Below, in pieces: positions 19,476-28,231 of a DNA stretch of 53,673 nucleotides (the stretch's first letter is position 1; every line of letters starts with the position of its first letter). A model generated the notes under the pieces. That model worked only from the letters and a program-made list of their open reading frames with translations. It ran no database searches and had not been told where the DNA came from. Location of the stretch: the NCBI GenBank assembly GCA_013287335.1, contig JABDDZ010000003.1, forward strand, positions 1,104-54,776. The letters run 5' to 3'. The position numbers and the translations under genes are program-made. The DNA comes from Chlamydiota bacterium. Its GTDB lineage: Bacteria; Chlamydiota; Chlamydiia; Chlamydiales; JAAKFR01.

Positions 19476-21365
19476 TTAAACAATTTTTGGAACATTACGC
19501 GGGAGATTTTTCAGCTCGGGTCTACTTTTTTTTGCAACACGGTAGTCGCGGAGTTCTGGCTCATCGATGTGTCTTGTATCGACGGGCTCATAGGTGATAA
19601 GAGGTTCGCCCTTGAGAGGGTCATAGGTAGCAATGGTCGTTTTAAGCCAATTTTTATCATCGCGCTCCGGGAATTCGGGTTTAAAATGGGATCCGCGAAA
19701 TTCATTGCGAAGAAGAGCGCCCTTTGTGATCACTAGGGCTAGTTCGAGCATCGATTGGAATTGATGGGCAAACTGAAGGGTCTGGTTAACAAAAAGCCCC
19801 CGGTCATCAAGAGAGATCTGTTGATATCTCTCTCGTATCTCTTTGATTTTAGCAATTGTCTCTTCAAGGAGAGGGTTTGTCCGTTTCACCGTTACATTGC
19901 GCACCATATAGTCGGCAAGTTCCTCGTGGAGCTTAAAGACGTTCTCCTTTCCCTTGCGGTTCAAAAGCTCTTTTATAAAGCCCTCTTCGCAGGCTACCGC
20001 CTCCTCAAAGATCTTCTCCTCTGCAGCTGCAAAAGAAGAGGCGTGGGTCTCAATGTAGCGAGGCGCTTCCATACCGACGACAAGTCCGCCAAAGATGCAG
20101 GATAATAGAGAATTCGCTCCTAAACGATTAGCTCCATGATATTGATAATCAGACTCTCCCACATTGAAAAGCCCGGGAATATTGGTCATCTGCCGAAAGC
20201 GCTTTAACCTATCAGGATCATCGGCTGCCGGCCAGTCGACCCACCCCCCTCCCATTGAGTAGTGGACTGCAGGGAAGATCTTCATAGGAACTTTTCTCGG
20301 ATCCTCTCCTGTGAACTTCTGGTAGATATCTAAAACCGATTCGAGTTTATGCTTTACCTCCTCGCTAAGATGGGTCACATCGAGATAGACTTGTGATTCC
20401 CCCTCAACGCCTAACCCCAATTCGCAGACGCGGAGCACCTCTCGGGCTCCGACATCCCGTCCGACGAGATTGCCATAAGCTGGGTACATCTCTTCCAAAA
20501 AATACCAGGGCTGCCCGCTCTTTCCACAAGGAATCATCTCTCCATTGGGGGCTTGAATTTGTTTAGAAGAGTCTCCCCAGACCCAGACTCTCCCCCCCTC
20601 TCCACGGACCGATTCAGAGATAAGCCTTAGCTTATCGTGAGCGGGAATTGCTGTCGGATGTATTTGGATAAATTCCCCATTGGCATAGCGCATCCCCTGC
20701 ATAAAGAGGCGCCCATTGGCAGCTCCTGTACAAAAGGTGGAGTTGGTCGATTTTTTAAAGATGAGTCCGGGCCCCCCGCTTGCAACGACAATCGCATCGC
20801 CTCGCAGCACTTCGAGCTTCTGGTTAAAGAGATTCATCAGTACAATCCCGCGCGCTTTCCCATCATGATCTTTCACAAGACGCAGGAATTCATGGTTTTC
20901 AAATTTTTCGACCATTCCTACTGTTTCAAAGCGGCGCACCTGCTCATCGAGGGTATAGAGAAGCTGCTGCCCCGTTGAGGCGCCGCAAAAAACCGTCCGA
21001 TGGTAGAGGGTTCCCCCAAAGCGGCGCACATCCAGATGTCCCGAAGGACTCCGGTTAAAGGGACAGCCAAAACGATCCATCATATCGATAATATGGGGGG
21101 CTGCAAGACACATCTCGAGCACGGGGGGTTGATTTGCTAAAAAATCTCCCCCCTTGATTGTGTCATAAGCATGAATTAGAGGAGAGTCCTCCTCCCCCTT
21201 TGTATTCATAGAGGCATTGATTCCCCCTTGCGCGCAGACAGAGTGGGAACGTTTCACTTTAGTCACCGAAACAATTTTGACATGGCACCCATTTTCAGCA
21301 AGGCGCATCGCAGCTGATAATCCCGCAAGCCCTCCCCCAATTACTATAACTTCTTTTTTATCCAT
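19476..21365 (-). CDS. sdhA: Succinate dehydrogenase flavoprotein subunit
   Basis: GGGLAGL, RSHSVCAQGG, QIHPT, HYSMGG and HGANRLGANSL. Confidence 0.98.
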   Translation of the reverse strand: MDKKEVIVIGGGLAGLSAAMRLAENGCHVKIVSVTKVKRSHSVCAQGGINASMNTKGEEDSPLIHAYDTIKGGDFLANQPPVLEMCLAAPHIIDMMDRFGCPFNRSPSGHLDVRRFGGTLYHRTVFCGASTGQQLLYTLDEQVRRFETVGMVEKFENHEFLRLVKDHDGKARGIVLMNLFNQKLEVLRGDAIVVASGGPGLIFKKSTNSTFCTGAANGRLFMQGMRYANGEFIQIHPTAIPAHDKLRLISESVRGEGGRVWVWGDSSKQIQAPNGEMIPCGKSGQPWYFLEEMYPAYGNLVGRDVGAREVLRVCELGLGVEGESQVYLDVTHLSEEVKHKLESVLDIYQKFTGEDPRKVPMKIFPAVHYSMGGGWVDWPAADDPDRLKRFRQMTNIPGLFNVGESDYQYHGANRLGANSLLSCIFGGLVVGMEAPRYIETHASSFAAAEEKIFEEAVACEEGFIKELLNRKGKENVFKLHEELADYMVRNVTVKRTNPLLEETIAKIKEIRERYQQISLDDRGLFVNQTLQFAHQFQSMLELALVITKGALLRNEFRGSHFKPEFPERDDKNWLKTTIATYDPLKGEPLITYEPVDTRHIDEPELRDYRVAKKSRPELKNLPRNVPKIV

Positions 21366-21371
21366 AAACTC

Positions 21372-22301
21372 TTAGGTGTGTATCTGGAAGGTGATATAGA
21401 CGCCCCAAGCAGCCATTAGACCCATCACAGAGACAATAAACATGAGGCCATTGCAAATTTTGCGGAAAATCGATTGGGCTCTCCGCGTGATAATGATTCC
21501 CCAGGTAATAAGAAATGTCCATAAGCCGTTAAAGGCATGGTAGGCTGATGCAATCACTAAAATGGAATAGAGAATAACCATCAGGGGGCTTTTAAAGGTC
21601 TCTCTCACAACAAGAAAATAGGCGGCTCCAGCGCTCGGAGCTACAGCTATGACTTGATTCTCTTTCAGTTTTTTTATCCCCCCTATCTTTTGCTCCTCCT
21701 CTAACATCTGGCTCTTAGTATAAAGTTGAGTGCCCAACTTTTCGGCTGTGTCATAGAGTCCAGCGTCACGGTTAAGTTTAATGATATAGTTGCTACTGAG
21801 GTCATGGTGAACAAGGAGAGGATTCTCCACAAAACGCATCTGAATGACATGGGCAAGGATGCCCACTACAAGAATCCAAGAGGTAATCCTCTGCCAGCTA
21901 TAAGCGCGATTACGGGGATATTGGGGAAGGGAGGGGGCGCTTCCATCTGTAATCTTTGAGTTCATCTTGCCTTGCATGGCATAGAACATCCCCCATCCCG
22001 CGTGAACAAGAAAAGGAAAGGCCAAGAGAAGTAGCTCAACAACCCTTAAATAGGGGATCGCATGGATCTTATTTACAAGAGAGATAAAGCCTGCGCCATT
22101 ATCTTGAGTGTAAAAAGCTGCGAGAGAATTTACAAGCAGATGTTCAAAGAGGTATATAACAATCCATAGGCCCAACAATGAATGAAGCCTCCGCATCACA
22201 AAGGCTCTTGGAAGAGCTCTCTTCTCCTCTCCGGGAAAGACCTTCTCTTTTGTAGGCGTTGTCGTTGTCAATAGCTTTGCGCTGCTAAATTTTTTTTCCA
22301 A
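21372..22301 (-). CDS. sdhC: Succinate dehydrogenase cytochrome b558 subunit (start uncertain)
   Basis: RRLHSLLG, EHL, HAG, QRITS and YHAFNGLWTF..TWG heme-ligand motifs; position in the operon. Confidence 0.92.
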   Translation of the reverse strand: MEKKFSSAKLLTTTTPTKEKVFPGEEKRALPRAFVMRRLHSLLGLWIVIYLFEHLLVNSLAAFYTQDNGAGFISLVNKIHAIPYLRVVELLLLAFPFLVHAGWGMFYAMQGKMNSKITDGSAPSLPQYPRNRAYSWQRITSWILVVGILAHVIQMRFVENPLLVHHDLSSNYIIKLNRDAGLYDTAEKLGTQLYTKSQMLEEEQKIGGIKKLKENQVIAVAPSAGAAYFLVVRETFKSPLMVILYSILVIASAYHAFNGLWTFLITWGIIITRRAQSIFRKICNGLMFIVSVMGLMAAWGVYITFQIHT

Positions 22302-22400
22302 TCTACAACGCCTCCCACCTTATGACAAGCAAAAAATTTTGTTGCGGGAGTTATATTTTTTAGCTGAGATCCTTATTGCTACTGCTCTCTGATTAAATTC

Positions 22401-22429
22401 TTGTTTTTTGACAGATTTTTTGTTATAAT
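22401..22429 (+). promoter_or_regulatory. Sigma66-type promoter of F-box gene 1
   Basis: TTGTTT-17 nt-TATAAT with extended TG; AAGGAG SD before ATG 22462. Confidence 0.6.
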
Positions 22430-22461
22430 CACTTAACATTTAAATATTAAGGAGACAAACA

Positions 22462-24225
22462 ATGCATATTCAATCTTTTCCCCTCGAAATTAGCTGCATG
22501 ATTTTGGGACACCTTGATGATGATAGTATTAAAAATGCAGTTCTAGTAAGTCGTTACTGGTATCATGCAGTAGGTGTCTACACGACTCCGAGGCGAAAAG
22601 CAGCTTTCCAATATTTGCAACCCATTTTAAAAGAAGTATGTGATGCTATTGCTAACTGTTACAAAACACGTAATAAAATACTTGAAGCCTTCTCTCAAGA
22701 TCCTACGAAACACATAAAAAATATTAATATTACTTGTTTTCGAAAAAAACAAATTGCCGGCCTGGAAAAAAAATGGTTGGAGAAGTTTTTAGAAAAAGCC
22801 TCGCTAGATAAATTACAATTACTAGAGGTCAAGTTAGAGGATACACGTTTTTTTGCTGATTTGCCCATAACGCTTATTATTAAGAAGAAATTGAAACTTC
22901 AAAGACCTCTCGAAAGGCTCTTTGATTTAGTACAAGAACGCCTAGGAACAAGTATCAGCCATTCTCTGAAAAAACTTAACCTCACTACATTTAGTATAAT
23001 TAAACATTGCCCTCATCATGGCTTTTTTTTATTAAAACTTTTTTCTTATTATTATCGCACTAATTTCCCTCTACAAATGGTAAAGGATATAGATAAAGAT
23101 CATGAAGCCAAACCTTTTGGCAATGATATATTAGAAATGACTGTTTGTACAGCCCAAAGCCCGCAAGATGGAGCATATATAAACTATCCTCTAGTTACAT
23201 TCTCGCCCGATAGATATGAGTCTATAGGTCAGAATCGGGGGCCATTTCTGGGCTCACTCCTACTTCAGAAGCGGGGGCCATTTCTGGGCTCACTCCTACT
23301 TAATAGAAAATATAATACCCAAGCTTTTTCTATTTATCTCTGGTTATGCACCTTCTCACGCGAAGTTCCAGGACACAATAAATTCTTGAATTTTTCTTAT
23401 CGTGTATATGTCAAGGTTTGTCAAATTATTCATGATCATCATTCAAGCTTTGGTTTTTTTCCTAAAAACCCTGAGTTATCCTCAAAATGTTTAGAATTTT
23501 ATAAACATATGGCTGAGAAAAAGTTACATGCTCTCGAAAAAAAACAAAAAAAAATTGAACCAGCCCCTTCAGGAGAACCTCTTTTTATAGGGTGTGATGA
23601 CGCAGAGCCAGAGGTTATTACGGAGCTAGTTCAAAAAAGATTAGTCGCAGAACGGGAAAATCCTATAGATAAAGACGAAATAGTAAAAAAACTGAATCAA
23701 GAATTCATTATCCTAGCGAAGCATTACAGAGATGAATCGAAATTCGAAGACTTATTGAAATTAATGAAGTTTTTAAATTACTCGGACCAGAAAGATTTTC
23801 TACATTTGTTTATGTCCATTTTAGAAATTTTTGACTCGAATCCCCAAGTAATAGTTAAATTAATACAAAAAGTAAATAATTATCATAGATTATTAAATAA
23901 TAAAGGTATCTCATACTCCACAAAAATTTGTTTTCTTTCAAAACATTTGCTATCTACTCGTATTGTGGATTTGAAATCTCAGCATGATTTCTTAAAAATG
24001 TTTAAATTATCCAAATATGAAAGATTCCAAATTGCCTCAACGATGTTACATATAATCTCAAGTAACGGGCGGAACGAGCGGTTGGCTCAAAGACTGCCCC
24101 TAGTGATGGCTTTAATGGGTGTTTCCCTCCTTCCATCTGAGGCTCAATTGCCCAGCCCCGAGGCGGGTGAAGGCAAAGGAGAACCTATGGAAGTCGATGA
24201 CGAATGCGAAAAAAAATACTATTAA
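22462..24225 (+). CDS. F-box-like domain protein, paralog 1 (putative secreted effector)
   Basis: N-terminal FPLEISCMILGHLDDDSIKNAVLVSRYWYHAV matches the F-box consensus LP.EI...I...L....L....VSR.W. AT-rich gene. Confidence 0.85.
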   Translation: MHIQSFPLEISCMILGHLDDDSIKNAVLVSRYWYHAVGVYTTPRRKAAFQYLQPILKEVCDAIANCYKTRNKILEAFSQDPTKHIKNINITCFRKKQIAGLEKKWLEKFLEKASLDKLQLLEVKLEDTRFFADLPITLIIKKKLKLQRPLERLFDLVQERLGTSISHSLKKLNLTTFSIIKHCPHHGFFLLKLFSYYYRTNFPLQMVKDIDKDHEAKPFGNDILEMTVCTAQSPQDGAYINYPLVTFSPDRYESIGQNRGPFLGSLLLQKRGPFLGSLLLNRKYNTQAFSIYLWLCTFSREVPGHNKFLNFSYRVYVKVCQIIHDHHSSFGFFPKNPELSSKCLEFYKHMAEKKLHALEKKQKKIEPAPSGEPLFIGCDDAEPEVITELVQKRLVAERENPIDKDEIVKKLNQEFIILAKHYRDESKFEDLLKLMKFLNYSDQKDFLHLFMSILEIFDSNPQVIVKLIQKVNNYHRLLNNKGISYSTKICFLSKHLLSTRIVDLKSQHDFLKMFKLSKYERFQIASTMLHIISSNGRNERLAQRLPLVMALMGVSLLPSEAQLPSPEAGEGKGEPMEVDDECEKKYY

Positions 24226-24254
24226 TAACATTCTAAAAGAACTTAAACTTCTTA

Positions 24255-24373
24255 TTGAACGGAGCTAAGCCGCAATCTTAGGTCTAAGGCCTACGTTAGG
24301 CGAGCCATGCAAATCGGCCCTATCCAAAACCTCGAAAGAATCACAATGTGCCCTTTAGGACTGAGTTCTTCAA
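24255..24373. mobile_element. 119-bp MITE-like element TTGAACGGAGCTAAGCCGCAATCT...GTTCTTCAA, copy 1
   Basis: Near-identical copy at 26255, shorter variant at 38704; TTGAA/TTCAA termini. Confidence 0.75.
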
Positions 24374-24409
24374 ATCCTGATTGCTATCTACTGCTCTCTT
24401 ATTAAATTC

Positions 24410-24438
24410 TTGTTTTTTTACAGATGTTTTATTATAAT
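24410..24438 (+). promoter_or_regulatory. Promoter of F-box gene 2
   Basis: TTGTTT-17 nt-TATAAT, homologous to the 22401 promoter. Confidence 0.6.
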
Positions 24439-24470
24439 CCATTAGCTTTTAAAGTTTAACGAGACAAATA

Positions 24471-26225
24471 ATGTCTATTCACCCTCTTTCCTCTGTGAAA
24501 CTTTTTTTTCCCTTAGAGCTTAGCTGCATGATTGCAGAAAACCTTGATGATGATAGTATTGGAAATGCAGCTCTAGTAAGTCGTCAGTGGTATGATGCAG
24601 TAGTTGGCTTCAAGAGTTTATCGCGAAGAGACGCTTTCAGACATTTGCAACCCATTTTACAAGAAGTATGTGATGCTATTGCTAAATGTTGCAAAATATC
24701 TAAAAAAATACTTGTAAAATTCTCTCAAAACCCTACGGAATACATAAAAAATACTGCTTGTTATCGGATAGAACAGATTGCCGAGGAGGAGAAAAAATGC
24801 TTGGAAGAGTTTTTATGCAACGCCACGGAAAAAGCATTAGAATCCCTAGAGGACAGTTTAAAAGAGGATACACCTTTTGCTGATTTGCCCATAACGCTTA
24901 TTATTAAGAAGAAATTGAAACTTCAAAGACCTCTCGAAAGGCTCTTTAATTTAGTACAAAAACGCGTGACAAAGAGACTCTGCCATCCTGTTTCTCCTCT
25001 TTCGAAAGGCACTATATTTAGTATAGTTAAACTTTGTCCTTATCATGGCTTTTTTTTATTAAAACTTATTTCTTATTATAATAATTTTAATGATTTCCCT
25101 CTACAAATGATAAAGGATATAGATAAAGATCATGAAGCCAAACCTTTTGGCGATGATATATTAACAGCGACTGTTCATACAAGGCGAGGAGTAGGTGGAG
25201 CATATGTGAACCATGCTATAGCTATATTCTTGCCCGATAGAAGCAATAGGAAGCAAGATTATCTTCGAACTCCAAATGAGGGGCCATTTCTGGGCTCACT
25301 CCTACTTAATAGAAAATATAATACCCAAGCTTTTTCTATTTATCTCTGGTTATGCACCTTTTCACGCGAAGAAAACAAGAAATTCTTGAATTTTTCTTAT
25401 CGTGTATATGTCAAGGTTTGTCAAATTATTCATGATCATCATTCAAGCTTTGGTTTTTTCCCTGAAAAGCCTGAGTTATCCTCAAAATGTTTAGACTTTT
25501 ATAAACATATGGCTGAGAAAAAGTTACATGCTCTCGAAAAAAAACAAAAAAAAATTGAACCAGCCCCTTCAGGAGAACCTCTTTTTATAGGGTGTGGTGA
25601 CGCAGAGCCAGAGGTTATTACGGAGCTAGTTCAAAAAAGATTAGCCGCAGAACGGGGAAATCCTATAGATAAAGACGAAATAGTAAAAAAGCTGAATCAA
25701 GAATTCATTACCCTAGCGAAGCAATACAGAAATGAATCGAAATTCGAAGACTTATTGAAATTAATGAAGTTTTTAAATTACTCGGACCAGAAAGATTTCC
25801 TAAAATTGTTTAATTACATTTTAGCACTTTATGGACGAATTTCCCAAGTAGTAGTTAAATTAATACAAAAAATAAACAATTTTCATAGAATGCGGCTAAT
25901 TGCGAACGGATTTTTGCATCCTACAAAAATTTATTTTATTTCAGTCTATTTGACACATACTCTTAATGAGGATTTGAAATCTCAGCTTGACTTCTTGAAG
26001 GAGTTTGAATTAACCAAATATGAAAGATTCGACATTGCAAGAAGGATGTTAGAGACAATCTCAGGCGGGCAAAGCGAGCGGTTGGCTAAAAAACTGCCCC
26101 TGGTGATGGCTTTAATGGGTGTTTCCCCCCTTCCATCTGAGGCTCAATTGCCCAGCCCCGAGGCGGGTGAAGGCAAAGGAGAATCTATGGAAGTCGACGA
26201 CGAATGCGAAAAAAAATACTATTAA
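24471..26225 (+). CDS. F-box-like domain protein, paralog 2
   Basis: FPLELSCMIAENLDDDSIGNAALVSRQWYDAV; collinear with paralogs 1 and 3. Confidence 0.85.
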   Translation: MSIHPLSSVKLFFPLELSCMIAENLDDDSIGNAALVSRQWYDAVVGFKSLSRRDAFRHLQPILQEVCDAIAKCCKISKKILVKFSQNPTEYIKNTACYRIEQIAEEEKKCLEEFLCNATEKALESLEDSLKEDTPFADLPITLIIKKKLKLQRPLERLFNLVQKRVTKRLCHPVSPLSKGTIFSIVKLCPYHGFFLLKLISYYNNFNDFPLQMIKDIDKDHEAKPFGDDILTATVHTRRGVGGAYVNHAIAIFLPDRSNRKQDYLRTPNEGPFLGSLLLNRKYNTQAFSIYLWLCTFSREENKKFLNFSYRVYVKVCQIIHDHHSSFGFFPEKPELSSKCLDFYKHMAEKKLHALEKKQKKIEPAPSGEPLFIGCGDAEPEVITELVQKRLAAERGNPIDKDEIVKKLNQEFITLAKQYRNESKFEDLLKLMKFLNYSDQKDFLKLFNYILALYGRISQVVVKLIQKINNFHRMRLIANGFLHPTKIYFISVYLTHTLNEDLKSQLDFLKEFELTKYERFDIARRMLETISGGQSERLAKKLPLVMALMGVSPLPSEAQLPSPEAGEGKGESMEVDDECEKKYY

Positions 26226-26254
26226 TAACATTCTAAAAGAACTTAAACTTCTTA

Positions 26255-26373
26255 TTGAACGGAGCTAAGCCGCAATCTTAGGTCTAAGGCCTACGTTAGG
26301 CGAGCCATGCAAATCGGCCCTATCCAAAACCTCGAAAGAATCACAATGTGCCCTTTAGGGCTGGGTTCTTCAA
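26255..26373. mobile_element. 119-bp MITE-like element, copy 2
   Basis: Exactly 2000 bp downstream of copy 1; differs only at a couple of positions near the right end. Confidence 0.75.
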
Positions 26374-26405
26374 ATCCTGATTGCTACTATTCCCTTATTA
26401 AATTC

Positions 26406-26435
26406 TTGTTTTTTTGACAGATGTTTTATTATAAT
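26406..26435 (+). promoter_or_regulatory. Promoter of F-box gene 3
   Basis: TTGTTT-18 nt-TATAAT, with a poly-T tract in the spacer. Confidence 0.55.
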
Positions 26436-26467
26436 CCATCAGCTTTTAAAGTTTAACGAGATAAATA

Positions 26468-28231
26468 ATGTCTATTCAACCTTTTTGCTTTGTGGAACAT
26501 TTGCCCTTAGAAGTCAGCTGCATGATTTTTGGAAAACTTGATGATGATGATAGTATGAAAAATGCAGCTCTAGTAAGCCGTCAGTGGCATCATGCTGTAG
26601 ATACCTCCAAGAATACGGGGCGAGGAGAAGCTTTCCAATATTTGCAACCCACTTTAAAAAAAGTATGTGATGCAATAGCTGAATCTTGCAAAGTATCAAA
26701 ACAAAGACTTGAAAACTTCTCTAAAAACCCTAAGAAACATGTTAAAAATATTACTTTGTATCGAAAAGGACAAATTGCCGAGGAGGAGAAAAAATGGTTG
26801 GAAAAGTTTTTAGACAAAGCCTCGCAACAATCATTAGAATCATTAGAGATCAAGTTAGAGGATACGTCTTTTTTTGCTGATTTACCCATAACGATTATAA
26901 TTAAGAGGAAGTTAAAAACTAAAACACCTTGCAAAGAGCTTCTTGATTTAGTGCAAAAACGCCTGGGAAAAAGTATCTGCCCTCCTGTTCTGAAAAAATT
27001 TAACTGCACTATATTTAGTATAATTAAACTTTTTCCTTATCACGGCTTGTTTTTATTAAAACTTATTTCTCGTAATTATAACAATGATTTCCCTCTACAA
27101 ATAATAAAGGATATAGATAAAGATCATGAAGCCAAACCTTTTGGTGATGATATATTAGAAGTGACTGTTCATACAACTCCAAAAGCGCAAAATGGAAAAT
27201 ATGTGAACTGGACTCTACCTACATTCTTAGCCGATAGAAGTCAGAGGGTGCAAGATCATGAGTTTGTAGCTCATACTAAAGGGCCATTTCTGGGCTCACT
27301 CCTACTTAATAGAAAATATAATACCCAAGCTTATTCTATTTATCTCTGGTTATGCACCTTTTCACGCGAAGAAAACAAGAAATTCTTGAATTTTTCTTAT
27401 CGCGTATATGTCAAGGTTTGTCAAATTATTCATGATCATCATTCAAGCTTTGGTTTTTTCCCTGAAAAGCCTGAGTTATCCTCAAAATGTTTAGACTTTT
27501 ATAAACATATGGCTGTGAAAAAGTTACGTGCTCTCGAAAAAAAACAAAAAAAAATTGAACCAGCCCCTCCAAGAGAACCTCTTTTTATAGAGTGTGGGGA
27601 TCTAAACCCACAGGTTGCGGAGCTAATTCAAAAAAGAGTAGAAGCAAATCAATGGGTAAATTCTCTAAAGAAAGAGAGAGAAATAAAAAATCTGAATCAA
27701 GAATTCATTACCCTAGCGAAGCGTTACAGAGATGCATCGAAATTCGAAGATTTATTGAAATTAATGAATTTTTTAAATTATTCGGATCAGGAAGATTTCG
27801 TAAAATTGTTTTCATCGATTTTAGGACTTTGTGACCGAAGTCCCCAATTAGTAGTTAAATTAATACAAAAAATAAACAATTTTCACAGAATGTCAATGAC
27901 TGCAAATGGAATCTTGCATTCTACAAAAAATTATTTTGTTGCCCAACATTTGGTATTTACTCATACTGAGGATTTGAAATCTCAGCTTGATTTCTTGAAG
28001 GAGTTTAAATTAACCAAATATGAAAAATTCCACATTGCAATAAGGATGTTAAATACAGTGTTACGCGAGCAAAGCGAGCGGTTGGCTAAAAAACTGCTGC
28101 CCCTGGTGATGGCTTTAATGGGTGTTTCCCCCCTTCCATCTGAGGCTCAATTGCCCAGCCCCGAGGTGGGTGAAGGCAAAGGAGAAGAGTCTATGGAAGT
28201 CGACGACGGATGCGAAAAAACCTACGATTAA
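26468..28231 (+). CDS. F-box-like domain protein, paralog 3
   Basis: LPLEVSCMIFGKLDDDDSMKNAALVSRQWHHAV; stop codon overlaps the tatD stop. Confidence 0.85.
   Translation: MSIQPFCFVEHLPLEVSCMIFGKLDDDDSMKNAALVSRQWHHAVDTSKNTGRGEAFQYLQPTLKKVCDAIAESCKVSKQRLENFSKNPKKHVKNITLYRKGQIAEEEKKWLEKFLDKASQQSLESLEIKLEDTSFFADLPITIIIKRKLKTKTPCKELLDLVQKRLGKSICPPVLKKFNCTIFSIIKLFPYHGLFLLKLISRNYNNDFPLQIIKDIDKDHEAKPFGDDILEVTVHTTPKAQNGKYVNWTLPTFLADRSQRVQDHEFVAHTKGPFLGSLLLNRKYNTQAYSIYLWLCTFSREENKKFLNFSYRVYVKVCQIIHDHHSSFGFFPEKPELSSKCLDFYKHMAVKKLRALEKKQKKIEPAPPREPLFIECGDLNPQVAELIQKRVEANQWVNSLKKEREIKNLNQEFITLAKRYRDASKFEDLLKLMNFLNYSDQEDFVKLFSSILGLCDRSPQLVVKLIQKINNFHRMSMTANGILHSTKNYFVAQHLVFTHTEDLKSQLDFLKEFKLTKYEKFHIAIRMLNTVLREQSERLAKKLLPLVMALMGVSPLPSEAQLPSPEVGEGKGEESMEVDDGCEKTYD

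Noticed and set aside
22408-22429. Perfect TTGACA and TATAAT boxes upstream of F-box gene 1
   Set aside because: They are only 10 nt apart, and TTGACA is not conserved in copy 2. TTGTTT at 17-nt spacing is the better -35.
22462-28231. Diversity-generating retroelement as the source of F-box variability
   Set aside because: No reverse transcriptase or non-coding template repeat in the window, and the differences are not restricted to adenines.
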